From NCBI RefSeq assembly GCF_014489845.1, contig NZ_JABURY010000016.1, positions 142,829-166,828 of the forward strand: DNA of 24,000 nt, read 5' to 3'. This stretch comes from Frischella japonica (lineage in GTDB: Bacteria > Pseudomonadota > Gammaproteobacteria > Enterobacterales > Orbaceae). A program made the translations under genes and the position numbers. Below are positions 5,975 to 14,453 of the stretch, one piece after another (the stretch's first letter is position 1; each line of letters begins with the position of its first letter). The notes beneath the pieces are model-generated. The model saw only the letters and a list, made by a program, of their open reading frames with translations, made no database searches and was not told where the DNA came from.

Positions 5975-8740
5975 ATGATAAAACAAAAAATTCTTAATTA
6001 CTTAGCCAACCTTACCCCTTTTTTTGATCCTGAAAATATCAGTAACGTTTTTACAGCTAGTCATATTGCCGTTCAATTTAAGATCAAACGTAATACAGCC
6101 AGTTTATATCTTAATGAATTAGTGACCCAACATAAAGTTATCAAAATCATATCAAGACCGGTTTATTTTTTACATAAATCTGCTTTTGAAAAACAATTTT
6201 TTCATATTACCGATTATCAATTTCAAAATGTATCTGACCTATTTGCCAATAAACCATTAAATGAGAATGAAAACGATTTATTTTCATTGATAATTGGTCA
6301 TAATCAATCACTAAAAAAACCAATTGAGCAATTAAAAATGGCGATGATATACCCAAATGGTGGATTACCATTATTAATATCGGGCTCAAGTGGTACTGGT
6401 AAAAGTTATTTGGCTAAATTACTTCACCTGTATTGTACGATTAATCGACTGATTGATACGGATGCGCCGTTTATTGTCTTCAATTGTGCGCAATATGCTA
6501 ATAATCCAGAATTGTTAACTAGCAATCTTTTCGGTTATGTCAAAGGTGCTTTTACTGGTGCCGATAATGCAAAGGAAGGGGCATTTGAACATGCTAATGG
6601 TGGAATTTTATTCCTTGACGAAGTACATCGCTTAAATGGTGAAAATCAGGAAAAATTATTTACTTTCTTAGATAACGGTATTATCAATCGCATGGGCGAT
6701 ACTAAAAATAATATTCAATTACAAGTAAGATTAATATTTGCCACAACTGAAAATCTCAATAAACATTTTATTCGTACCTTTTTAAGACGTATTCCAGTTC
6801 AAGTCGTACTTCCTGATCTTGAAAATCGCACTAAACAAGAAAAAGAACAATTGATTTATTTTATGTTCCAAAATGAAGCCAAGCTTATACAACGTAAATT
6901 ATCTATATCTCCGCAAACGCTAGCTAATCTAAAAAATCAACAATTCATAGGTAACATAGGTTCATTAGAAAATGTTATAAAAAACACCGTTGCCAGTGCA
7001 TTTGCAAAACAAACTTGTCAAGATGTGATTAAAATTACAATTTATGATATTCCACAACAATTTATCAATCAACAATTCATTCAAACAACCCCAATTAATA
7101 CAACGAATATTGAATTAGATCAAAACACTGATTTAAGTTATTTAGAACATTACCATAATCCAATATATGAGATGATCTATGATACTTATATTCGATTATT
7201 TACACTGTTTACAAATACACCTTCATCCCACGAATTAAACCATCAAAATGAAAGCAAAATGCTTGAGGAGATTGATCATCTTTTTGATAAACTTATTTTT
7301 GAAACCCAAAATCTACATTATCAACAGATTATAAGTTATATCATTAATCATATTACTAATGAATTACAATATTTAGAGCAAACATTTAATATTCAATTTA
7401 ATGGTAATTATATTTGTGCAATAAGTTATTACCTTTATTATCGGGCAAATTTTAATTTTCAATTTAATCAAATTACTCATGACACTATCAACTCACTGCA
7501 GCAAACACTAAAAAAGAAAACCCCACAAATTCATCGATTAGTAAAGCAGTTATTTCAAGCGATTGAAAGTAAAATTGATATTCAAGCTCAACCCATTGAT
7601 CACATCATACTAACACTATATTTAAATAAAATGGGCGCTTTTGACAATAACGGTTTTACTAAAGCTATAATTCTAGCTCATGGTTATGCTACTGCAAGTA
7701 GTATTGCTAACGTTGCAAATCGATTACTCGAAAAAAATATTTTTGAAGCTTTTGACATGCCTATTGATATAAAACCACAAGAAATTGCTAATAAAGTCAT
7801 TGATTATATTGAACGGCATGATATATCACATGGATTATTGATATTAGTCGATATGGGATCATTAAAAGACATTTATCAATTTTTACCCCATACAATCACT
7901 AGCCCGATTGCCATCATTAATAATGTTTCAACTCAGATTGCTTTAAATATTGGCAGCTTAATTCTGCAACATGCTTATCTAGAAAAAATCATTGAAGAAG
8001 TTATTCCACAAAATATTCCCGAACATAATATTATTTATCCGAATCATAACAAACCAAAAGCCATTATTACCACCTGTGCGACGGGGATAGGCACGGCTAA
8101 TAAAATTAAATCATTACTTACTGACAGTATATCCAGCATACTGGATATTGAAATTATTGCCTATGACTTTGAAGCATTAGATCGTGACAAAGGTACTGAC
8201 ACAATTTTTTTATTATATAATGTGATTGCTATAGTCGGCACATTAGATCCAAGTATTAGCGATATACCATTTATTTCATTAGAAGAACTCGTTTCTGGTA
8301 ATAGTAATACAACATTACTATCGCTATTTAAACCAATCGACCGCAAAACGATTCAAGAAATCAATAATCGCATGATTAAAAACTTTTCTTTAGAACGGGT
8401 AATTGAATCAGTTACAATTTTAGATAGCAGCAAAGTTATTAATTATATTGAACAATGTATTCATCATTATGAAATCATTACTCATCAATCGTTATCCAAC
8501 GATAAAAAAATTGCCCTTTATATTCATTTAAGTTGTTTAATTGAACGCTTAGTTCGTAATGTTCCACTTGAAAATCATCTTTATCAAAATCATTCTCAGT
8601 GTCAAAAAATTTCGTTAGAACAGATAAAAGAAGCATGTAGTGTCATTGAAACAGTATATAGTGTCAAAATACCTGAAGTTGAATTATTGTATATTCAAGA
8701 CATTATTAAACATAAAACTGAGTTTTCAAAGCTACCATAA
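5975..8740 (+). CDS. LevR-type sigma54-dependent transcriptional activator with PRD and PTS-EII-like regulatory domains (GfrR-like)
   Basis: The protein is 921 aa with an N-terminal HTH-like region. The AAA+ core has Walker A GSSGTGKS (res 136-143), the sigma54-contact loop GAFTGA (191-196) and Walker B ILFLDEV. An EIIA-Man-like segment follows (KAIILAHGYATASS, His569), then an EIIB-like segment (KAIITTCATGIGT, Cys701) and a C-terminal PRD-like segment (KIALYIHLSCLIERL, His851). The gene sits directly upstream of a sigma54 promoter and a mannose-family PTS. Confidence 0.9.
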   Translation: MIKQKILNYLANLTPFFDPENISNVFTASHIAVQFKIKRNTASLYLNELVTQHKVIKIISRPVYFLHKSAFEKQFFHITDYQFQNVSDLFANKPLNENENDLFSLIIGHNQSLKKPIEQLKMAMIYPNGGLPLLISGSSGTGKSYLAKLLHLYCTINRLIDTDAPFIVFNCAQYANNPELLTSNLFGYVKGAFTGADNAKEGAFEHANGGILFLDEVHRLNGENQEKLFTFLDNGIINRMGDTKNNIQLQVRLIFATTENLNKHFIRTFLRRIPVQVVLPDLENRTKQEKEQLIYFMFQNEAKLIQRKLSISPQTLANLKNQQFIGNIGSLENVIKNTVASAFAKQTCQDVIKITIYDIPQQFINQQFIQTTPINTTNIELDQNTDLSYLEHYHNPIYEMIYDTYIRLFTLFTNTPSSHELNHQNESKMLEEIDHLFDKLIFETQNLHYQQIISYIINHITNELQYLEQTFNIQFNGNYICAISYYLYYRANFNFQFNQITHDTINSLQQTLKKKTPQIHRLVKQLFQAIESKIDIQAQPIDHIILTLYLNKMGAFDNNGFTKAIILAHGYATASSIANVANRLLEKNIFEAFDMPIDIKPQEIANKVIDYIERHDISHGLLILVDMGSLKDIYQFLPHTITSPIAIINNVSTQIALNIGSLILQHAYLEKIIEEVIPQNIPEHNIIYPNHNKPKAIITTCATGIGTANKIKSLLTDSISSILDIEIIAYDFEALDRDKGTDTIFLLYNVIAIVGTLDPSISDIPFISLEELVSGNSNTTLLSLFKPIDRKTIQEINNRMIKNFSLERVIESVTILDSSKVINYIEQCIHHYEIITHQSLSNDKKIALYIHLSCLIERLVRNVPLENHLYQNHSQCQKISLEQIKEACSVIETVYSVKIPEVELLYIQDIIKHKTEFSKLP

Positions 8741-8787
8741 GACTTGCCGACCTCATTTCCCTTTTCCAGCAAAATTGCCAGAATTTC

Positions 8788-8803
8788 TGGCACGCTTTTT
8801 GCG
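8788..8803 (+). promoter_or_regulatory. Sigma54 (-24/-12) promoter of the PTS/deglycase operon
   Basis: The sequence cTGGCACGctttTTGCg matches TGGCACG-N4-TTGC. The GG is at 8789-8790 and the GC at 8801-8802, which is the canonical 12-nt spacing. It lies 48 nt after the activator stop codon and about 140 nt upstream of the EIIA start. Confidence 0.8.
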
Positions 8804-8941
8804 TTTATTAATATACCAAAACAATAACACAAACTCATGTTTTCAATTATTGAATAAATTATGGATTAAGCATGGCGATTTCGTGGCTAACCAATAAATC
8901 GCTGTAAATAATTCGCCAAATAGGGATAAAGAGGATAACGA

Positions 8942-9358
8942 ATGGGTAGACATTTTATTATGGCCAGTCATGGAACCTTAGCTCAAGGTATGAAAAATGC
9001 CATAGAAATTATTCTTGGCTCACAACCTAATCTGTTCAGTTTCTGCGCTTATGTAAAAGGTAATGAAGACATTACTCAATCAATAAACCAATTTATGCGT
9101 CAATTCGCGACCGATGACGAAATCATAATCGTTACAGACATTTTTGGTGGCAGCGTTAATAACGAAATTATGAAATATCTAATTAACACGAATATCCATC
9201 TGATAGCTGGACTAAACTTATCATTAATGATCCAACTATTAACAAATAACGAACCAGTTGCCATTTTAATTGAAGAAGCAATTAAATCATCAACACAATC
9301 TATTCAATATTGTAATCAAACACTAAAGCACTGTGCAATTGCTGATAACGATTTTTAG
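8942..9358 (+). CDS. PTS mannose/fructose/sorbose-family EIIA component
   Basis: The protein is 138 aa. The N-terminus MGRHFIMASHGTLAQG contains the family's phosphorylatable His (ASHG). AGAGGA lies upstream of the ATG. It is the first gene after the sigma54 promoter. Confidence 0.88.
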   Translation: MGRHFIMASHGTLAQGMKNAIEIILGSQPNLFSFCAYVKGNEDITQSINQFMRQFATDDEIIIVTDIFGGSVNNEIMKYLINTNIHLIAGLNLSLMIQLLTNNEPVAILIEEAIKSSTQSIQYCNQTLKHCAIADNDF

Positions 9359-9373
9359 AAAGGGGGTAAATTC

Positions 9374-9853
9374 ATGATTAAACTATTACGCGTTGACCAT
9401 CGATTACTACACGGTCAAGTGGCATTTTCCTGGACCCAATATTTGGGCGCTGATTGTATTCTGATCGCTAATGATAGTGTCGTTAATGACGAATTACGCA
9501 AAACAACCATTAAATTAGCTAGACCACCAGAAATCAAATTAGTGATCAAAAATATCACCGATTCCGTCGAGGCTCTTAAAAGTGGCGTGACCGATAAATA
9601 TAAACTTTTTATTGTGGTTGAATCGGTGACGGATGCTTATCGATTAAGTAAAGATATTCCTGATATAAATCACATCAACTTGGGAGGAACCAAACCCAAA
9701 GACAACACCCAAAATATCTCAAAGACAATCAATATCACTGATGAAGAAGTGCAATATTTAAAAGAACTTCATCAAATGGGTAAAGAGATAGAAATTCGCA
9801 TCGTTCCTAATGATAGAAAACAACTCATTAGCGATTGTATCAATATACAATAA
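9374..9853 (+). CDS. PTS mannose/fructose/sorbose-family EIIB component
   Basis: The protein is 159 aa. The N-terminus MIKLLRVDHRLLHGQV is the signature of EIIB-Man/Sor, including the active-site His. An AGGGGG Shine-Dalgarno sequence is present. Confidence 0.9.
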   Translation: MIKLLRVDHRLLHGQVAFSWTQYLGADCILIANDSVVNDELRKTTIKLARPPEIKLVIKNITDSVEALKSGVTDKYKLFIVVESVTDAYRLSKDIPDINHINLGGTKPKDNTQNISKTINITDEEVQYLKELHQMGKEIEIRIVPNDRKQLISDCINIQ

Positions 9854-9863
9854 GGAGATCCCA

Positions 9864-10637
9864 ATGTTAGAAGCTATTCTCTTAGGTGTTGTCGCATTTA
9901 TTGCACAATCAGAATATGCATTAGGTACTTCACTTCTTTCCCGCCCCATTGTTACTGGTTTTCTTACTGGTTTGGTTTTGGGTGATGTACAATCAGGGGT
10001 AACAATGGGAGCTTATCTTGAATTGGCCTTTATTGGTTCATTCTCAGTTGGTGCGTCAATCCCACCGGATGTCGTTACTGGCGGAGTATTAGGTACCGCA
10101 TTTGCTATTACAGCAGGCGCCGGAGAAGAAACAGCATTACTCCTCGGATTACCAATTGCTACTTTGACATTAATCCTAAAAAATATTTATTTGGGAATTT
10201 TCATTCCTTTACTTAGTCATAAAGCAGATCAATATGCTGAACAGGGCAATGCAAATGGTGTGGCGAGAATGCATTTGATATCTGGTTTTGGTTTATCGCT
10301 TATGCTTGCGTTAATTGTTACTTTCTCATTCTCAGTTGGAAGTAATACAGTTAAAGCATTGCTTGAGCAGATCCCTGAATTCATTAAACATGGATTAACT
10401 GTTGCAACGGGTATAATCCCAGCACTCGGTTTTGCAATGTTAGCTAAATTAATCATTAACAATAAAGTAGCCCCTTATTTCTTCTTAGGTTTTGTCATTA
10501 TGGCTTACTTAAAAATTCCAGTTACAGGTGTTGCAATTTTTGGTGCAATTATTGCGGTAATCATGGTGAGTTTAACAAAACCTCAACCTGTTGTTCAATC
10601 ACAAGGAGAATTAAATGAACAAGATGATGACTTCTAA
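9864..10637 (+). CDS. PTS mannose/fructose/sorbose-family EIIC component
   Basis: This is a polytopic membrane protein (MLEAILLGVVAFIAQSEYALG..., GAYLELAFIG). The ORF-track start at 9810 would overlap EIIB. The in-frame ATG at 9864 is preceded by AAGGAG (9852-9857), so I prefer it. Confidence 0.88.
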   Translation: MLEAILLGVVAFIAQSEYALGTSLLSRPIVTGFLTGLVLGDVQSGVTMGAYLELAFIGSFSVGASIPPDVVTGGVLGTAFAITAGAGEETALLLGLPIATLTLILKNIYLGIFIPLLSHKADQYAEQGNANGVARMHLISGFGLSLMLALIVTFSFSVGSNTVKALLEQIPEFIKHGLTVATGIIPALGFAMLAKLIINNKVAPYFFLGFVIMAYLKIPVTGVAIFGAIIAVIMVSLTKPQPVVQSQGELNEQDDDF

Positions 10638-11445
10638 GAATAAAAATCAATTAATTACTAAACAAGATTTAAGAAGAGTATTTTGGCGTTCATTTCAAAT
10701 GGAATTCTCCTGGAATTATGAGCGACAAATGAATTTGGCATATGTGTATGCTATGATACCGGTACTTAAAAAACTCTATACTAAAAAAGAAGATTTAGCA
10801 AAAGCCTTAAAACGTCATTTAGTATTTTTTAATACTACGCCACACATCGTCACACTGTTGTTAGGCATCACTACCGCGATGGAAGAAAAAAATGCTACTG
10901 AAAAAGATTTTGATGATACTTCAATTGATACCATTAAAACTTCGTTAATGGGGCCCATTGCCGGTATTGGTGATTCATTCTTTTGGGGAACATTGCGTTT
11001 AATTGCGACCGGCATCGGAACCAGTTTGGCAATTAATGGTAACGCACTTGGACCAATTTTATTTATTTTAATATTTAATATTCCCCACATCTTATTCCGT
11101 TATATTTTAACAGGAATAGGATATAAATTGGGTACTGGATTTTTAGACAAAATTCAGCAAAGTGGTATGATGCAAACCCTCACCTATGGCGCATCTATTA
11201 TTGGGTTAATGGTGGTCGGTGCCATGACTGCTTCTATGATTGAAATTGAAATACCAATTTTAATTACTACCGGTGATTCACAAACTAGTGTCCAAAATAT
11301 TATTAATGACATCATGCCATGTTTATTACCATTAACGACCTTTGGTATTGTATTTTGGTTATTAAAGAAACAAGCTAAACCATTAACGATTATCGCCGGT
11401 ATGGCTATTTTTGGCATTCTTTGTTCCTATTTTGGCATCTTGTAA
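10615..11445 (+). CDS. PTS mannose/fructose/sorbose-family EIID component
   Basis: The protein is 276 aa. The motif LRRVFWRSFQMEFSWNYERQMNLAYVYAMIP is the conserved EIID N-terminal signature. AGGAG lies 8 nt upstream. The gene overlaps the EIIC 3' end by 23 nt. Confidence 0.9.
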   Translation: MNKMMTSKNKNQLITKQDLRRVFWRSFQMEFSWNYERQMNLAYVYAMIPVLKKLYTKKEDLAKALKRHLVFFNTTPHIVTLLLGITTAMEEKNATEKDFDDTSIDTIKTSLMGPIAGIGDSFFWGTLRLIATGIGTSLAINGNALGPILFILIFNIPHILFRYILTGIGYKLGTGFLDKIQQSGMMQTLTYGASIIGLMVVGAMTASMIEIEIPILITTGDSQTSVQNIINDIMPCLLPLTTFGIVFWLLKKQAKPLTIIAGMAIFGILCSYFGIL

Positions 11446-11455
11446 GAGGTAAATC

Positions 11456-12544
11456 ATGACAAACTATGTCCATACCATGATGACTTACATTAATGAAGAA
11501 CCATTAGTATTCAATACCGTTTTAAGTCAATATCAAACTAAACTTAAATCCTTTATTGAATTTAGTCAGAACCATAAGATTAAACGCTGTCTAATCTTAG
11601 CAACCGGTTCCTCATATAATGCCGCATTGTGCGCAAAATACTGTTTAGAAAATAAAGCTAATATTTTAGTTGAAATCAAAGAACCGTTCAATTTCAATTA
11701 CTATGAAAATCTTGATACACAAATAGATTTAGTAATAGCTATTTCACAAAGTGGTAAAAGTGCATCAACGATTGATGCGTTAGATAAAATCAAAGCTGTC
11801 AATATTCCAATCTTTGTCTTGACCGCGAATACACAAAGCCCTATTTGTGACAAAACTGATTATCTATTAGATATTAACTGTGGTATAGAAACAGTGGGTT
11901 TTGTGACCAAAGGTTTTTTAATGACCGTATTAAATCTCTATTTAATGGCATTAATTATGGGAAAACAAAATAATGTTTTAACCCATGAGCAGTACGATAA
12001 ATGTATTCAACAATTATTACAAATTGGTCAAATGATTCCGCGAATTATTGAACAAAGTTTAGCCTTTTTTAATCAACATCGAGCTGCTTTGGTCAACTAT
12101 AATCGTTTTATAGCAATTGGTTATGGTGCTTTATTTGGCGTTACTAAAGAGTTTGAAACAAAATTTACCGAAACAGTAAGACTACCATCAACAGGATATG
12201 AACTTGAGGCCTATATGCATGGCCCTTATTTGGAAGCCAACAAACAACATTGTTTATTCTTTATCGAAGATAGTTATCATGATAACGGACAATACGATCG
12301 TTCACTAAGCTTAAAAAATTACATTTCAAGTTATGTAGGAGAAACTTTTACCATCGCGATAGGTAATAGTTTGTCGCTAAATAAAAATCTCAATATCAAT
12401 ATTAAAGTTGATCATCATTTTACACCGTTGTTAACCGTTATTCCCTTACAAATACTCGCCTACCATGTGGCTGAAGCCAAAAATATCGATTTAAGGATTC
12501 GTATTTTTGACGATTTTGACAAAGTGCTTAAAAGTAAAATCTGA
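11456..12544 (+). CDS. SIS-domain sugar-phosphate isomerase/deglycase (GlmS-isomerase/FrlB superfamily; GfrE-like by position)
   Basis: The protein is 362 aa with two SIS-like halves. Motifs include YINEEP, LATGSSYNAALCAKY, ISQSGKSASTIDAL and a YMHGP motif in the second half. It sits in fifth position of a gfr-like operon. The specific activity is not determinable from sequence alone. Confidence 0.8.
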   Translation: MTNYVHTMMTYINEEPLVFNTVLSQYQTKLKSFIEFSQNHKIKRCLILATGSSYNAALCAKYCLENKANILVEIKEPFNFNYYENLDTQIDLVIAISQSGKSASTIDALDKIKAVNIPIFVLTANTQSPICDKTDYLLDINCGIETVGFVTKGFLMTVLNLYLMALIMGKQNNVLTHEQYDKCIQQLLQIGQMIPRIIEQSLAFFNQHRAALVNYNRFIAIGYGALFGVTKEFETKFTETVRLPSTGYELEAYMHGPYLEANKQHCLFFIEDSYHDNGQYDRSLSLKNYISSYVGETFTIAIGNSLSLNKNLNINIKVDHHFTPLLTVIPLQILAYHVAEAKNIDLRIRIFDDFDKVLKSKI

Positions 12545-12569
12545 ATAAAAAAAATTTAAGGAGAGAATT

Positions 12570-13580
12570 ATGTTAAGTTTTAAAGAAGATGAATATAGAA
12601 CAAGTGAAAAATTAATTATTGAAGCTCGTCCGATTGCAGAACAAGTTGCCAATGAAATTAACCAACAAGGCTATAGTAATATCTTTTTCGCTTCCGTTGG
12701 TGGAAGTTTGGCTCCTATGATGGTCATCGGTGAAATAGCCAAAGAAGTCACCGACGCACCTATTTATATCGAACAAGCTGCTGAATTATTAATTAAAGGT
12801 AATAAAAGACTCAATAAAGACTCTATTGTTATCACTTTATCCAAATCAGGTGATACCAAAGAATCCGTTGCGATTGCTAAATGGTGCAGAGAACAAGGCA
12901 TTCGAGTCGTTGCGATCACTAAAAAATCAGATTCAAATCTTGCTCAGGCAGCCAACTGGCACATTCCAATGCGCCATGAAAATGGGGTAGAATTTGAATA
13001 CATGCTATTATTCTGGTTATTCTTTAAATTACTCCATCTGCGTGGTGATTTTGCAGATTACGAGCAATTTGGGCAACAGTTAGAGTATTTACCACAAAAC
13101 TTACTTGCAGCTAAAAAACAATTTGATCCAAAAGCCGATGAAATCGCTAAAAAATATTACCAAAGTAATTATATGATTTGGGTTGGTGGTGCCGAGATGT
13201 GGGGTGAAGTTTATCTATTCTCAATGTGTATTTTAGAAGAAATGCAATGGTTAAAAACCAAAGCTGTTAGCGCTTCAGAATTCTTCCATGGTACGCTTGA
13301 ATTGGTCGATAAAGAACAACCATTATTTTTAGTTAAAGGGGAAGGAAAAGCACGAGTACTGGATGATCGTGTCGAGCGATTCGCCCAAAAAGTAACAGAT
13401 AATTTAGTCGTAATTGATACCAAAGATTTCCCATTGCATCAAATTGATGACAAATTCCGATGGATTCTGGCTCCTACCATCTCTTCAACCTTATTGGTTG
13501 ATCGATTAGCAGCACACTTTGAAAGCTATACAGGACATAGTTTAGATATCCGACGTTATTATCGTCAATTTGACTATTAA
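12570..13580 (+). CDS. SIS-domain deglycase, FrlB/GfrF-like (putative fructoselysine-6-phosphate deglycase)
   Basis: The protein is 336 aa. Motifs include FFASVGGS, LSKSGDTKES and EFFHGTLE. The C-terminus LDIRRYYRQFDY resembles the E. coli FrlB C-terminus (RRYYGGLVEY, from memory). AAGGAG lies upstream. It is the last gene before the terminator. Confidence 0.82.
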   Translation: MLSFKEDEYRTSEKLIIEARPIAEQVANEINQQGYSNIFFASVGGSLAPMMVIGEIAKEVTDAPIYIEQAAELLIKGNKRLNKDSIVITLSKSGDTKESVAIAKWCREQGIRVVAITKKSDSNLAQAANWHIPMRHENGVEFEYMLLFWLFFKLLHLRGDFADYEQFGQQLEYLPQNLLAAKKQFDPKADEIAKKYYQSNYMIWVGGAEMWGEVYLFSMCILEEMQWLKTKAVSASEFFHGTLELVDKEQPLFLVKGEGKARVLDDRVERFAQKVTDNLVVIDTKDFPLHQIDDKFRWILAPTISSTLLVDRLAAHFESYTGHSLDIRRYYRQFDY

Positions 13581-13609
13581 TATTTAGTCTGACCATTTGA
13601 TTTTAAGCA

Positions 13610-13645
13610 ATGCGGTAAGCTTGATCATCGCTTACTGCATTTTTC
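13610..13645 (+). terminator. Intrinsic terminator of the PTS/deglycase operon
   Basis: An 11-bp stem pairs ATGCGGTAAGC (13610-13620) with GCTTACTGCAT (13630-13640), with one G-U pair and a 9-nt loop. TTTTC follows. It begins 30 nt after the stop codon of the last gene. Confidence 0.7.
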
Positions 13646-13814
13646 TAATTGTATTCAATAGACTAAATTTACGATCAATCCATCAACCAAAGATACAAAG
13701 CTGACTATTTTTATGTTTAAACTTCACAAGTTATTCACAACACTTAAACAAAAATAAACATTTAAAAGTAGATTTATTGTATAATCAGACTGATTGGTAA
13801 AATGAGAGCAAATT

Positions 13815-14453
13815 ATGTCAGGAAAGTTTATTGTCATTGAAGGACTTGAAGGCGCTGGTAAAACCACTGCTATAAAAACCGTTGCAGATGTATTGAAGCA
13901 AAACCGTATTTTCGATCTTGTTTATACCCGTGAACCCGGTGGTACTCCGATTGCTGAAGCACTACGTAACCTGATTAAAAATGGTCTTGATAATGAACCA
14001 CTCACAGCAAAAGCTGAATTACTTATGTTTTATGCTGCGCGGATTCAATTGATTGATAATGTAATTAAGCCGGCATTATCAAAAAATCAATGGGTAATTG
14101 GTGACCGGCATGATCTATCAACACAAGCTTACCAAGGTGGTGGTCGTCAACTCGATAACCAATTTATGACAATACTTCGCGAAAATGTCTTAGATGGTTT
14201 TAAACCTGATTTGACTTTATACATGGATATTCCGCCAGGATTAGGCCTAAAACGAGCTTTGGCACGTGGTGAGTTGGATCGTATAGAACAAGAGTCACTA
14301 ATCTTTTTTGATCGTGTGCGTAATCGTTATCAGGAATTAGCACAACATGATAGCTCGATTATAACTATTGATGCATCTCAACCATTAGAACAAGTAACAC
14401 AAATGATTAGACAAACCCTTAAGACATGGTTAATTAAGCATGGTAATCAGTAA
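13815..14453 (+). CDS. tmk: Thymidylate kinase
   Basis: [18 protein letters not shown] contains the P-loop. TREPGGTP and [15 protein letters not shown] are present, and the protein is collinear with E. coli Tmk. Confidence 0.95.
   Translation: MSGKFIVIEGLEGAGKTTAIKTVADVLKQNRIFDLVYTREPGGTPIAEALRNLIKNGLDNEPLTAKAELLMFYAARIQLIDNVIKPALSKNQWVIGDRHDLSTQAYQGGGRQLDNQFMTILRENVLDGFKPDLTLYMDIPPGLGLKRALARGELDRIEQESLIFFDRVRNRYQELAQHDSSIITIDASQPLEQVTQMIRQTLKTWLIKHGNQ

Noticed and set aside
8640-8897. 85-aa (+) ORF spanning the activator stop codon, the sigma54 promoter and the operon leader
   Set aside because: It runs through a promoter and leader region and overlaps the 3' end of the activator out of frame. 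It has no RBS and a low-complexity product.
8872-8907. 11-codon ORF (MAISWLTNKSL) in the PTS operon leader
   Set aside because: There is no Shine-Dalgarno sequence and no enrichment of any regulatory codon. LevR/sigma54 control does not need a leader peptide.
5975-13580. Compositional island signal for the PTS block
   Set aside because: Hand counts of 60-nt lines gave 13-22 G+C in four lines of the activator gene. A line in the EIIC gene gave 28, and lines in tmk, tolC, leuC and leuA gave 22-32. Only the regulator gene looks AT-richer and the transporter genes do not. This is not evidence for recent horizontal transfer, and a proper sliding-window GC and codon-usage computation is needed.
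5783-13675. 9-bp direct repeat AATAGACTA at 5783-5791 and 13667-13675, flanking the PTS block (possible att-like duplication)
   Set aside because: A 9-mer shared by two AT-rich regions of about 250 bp each is expected by chance at appreciable frequency. There is no integrase, transposase or longer repeat to support mobility.
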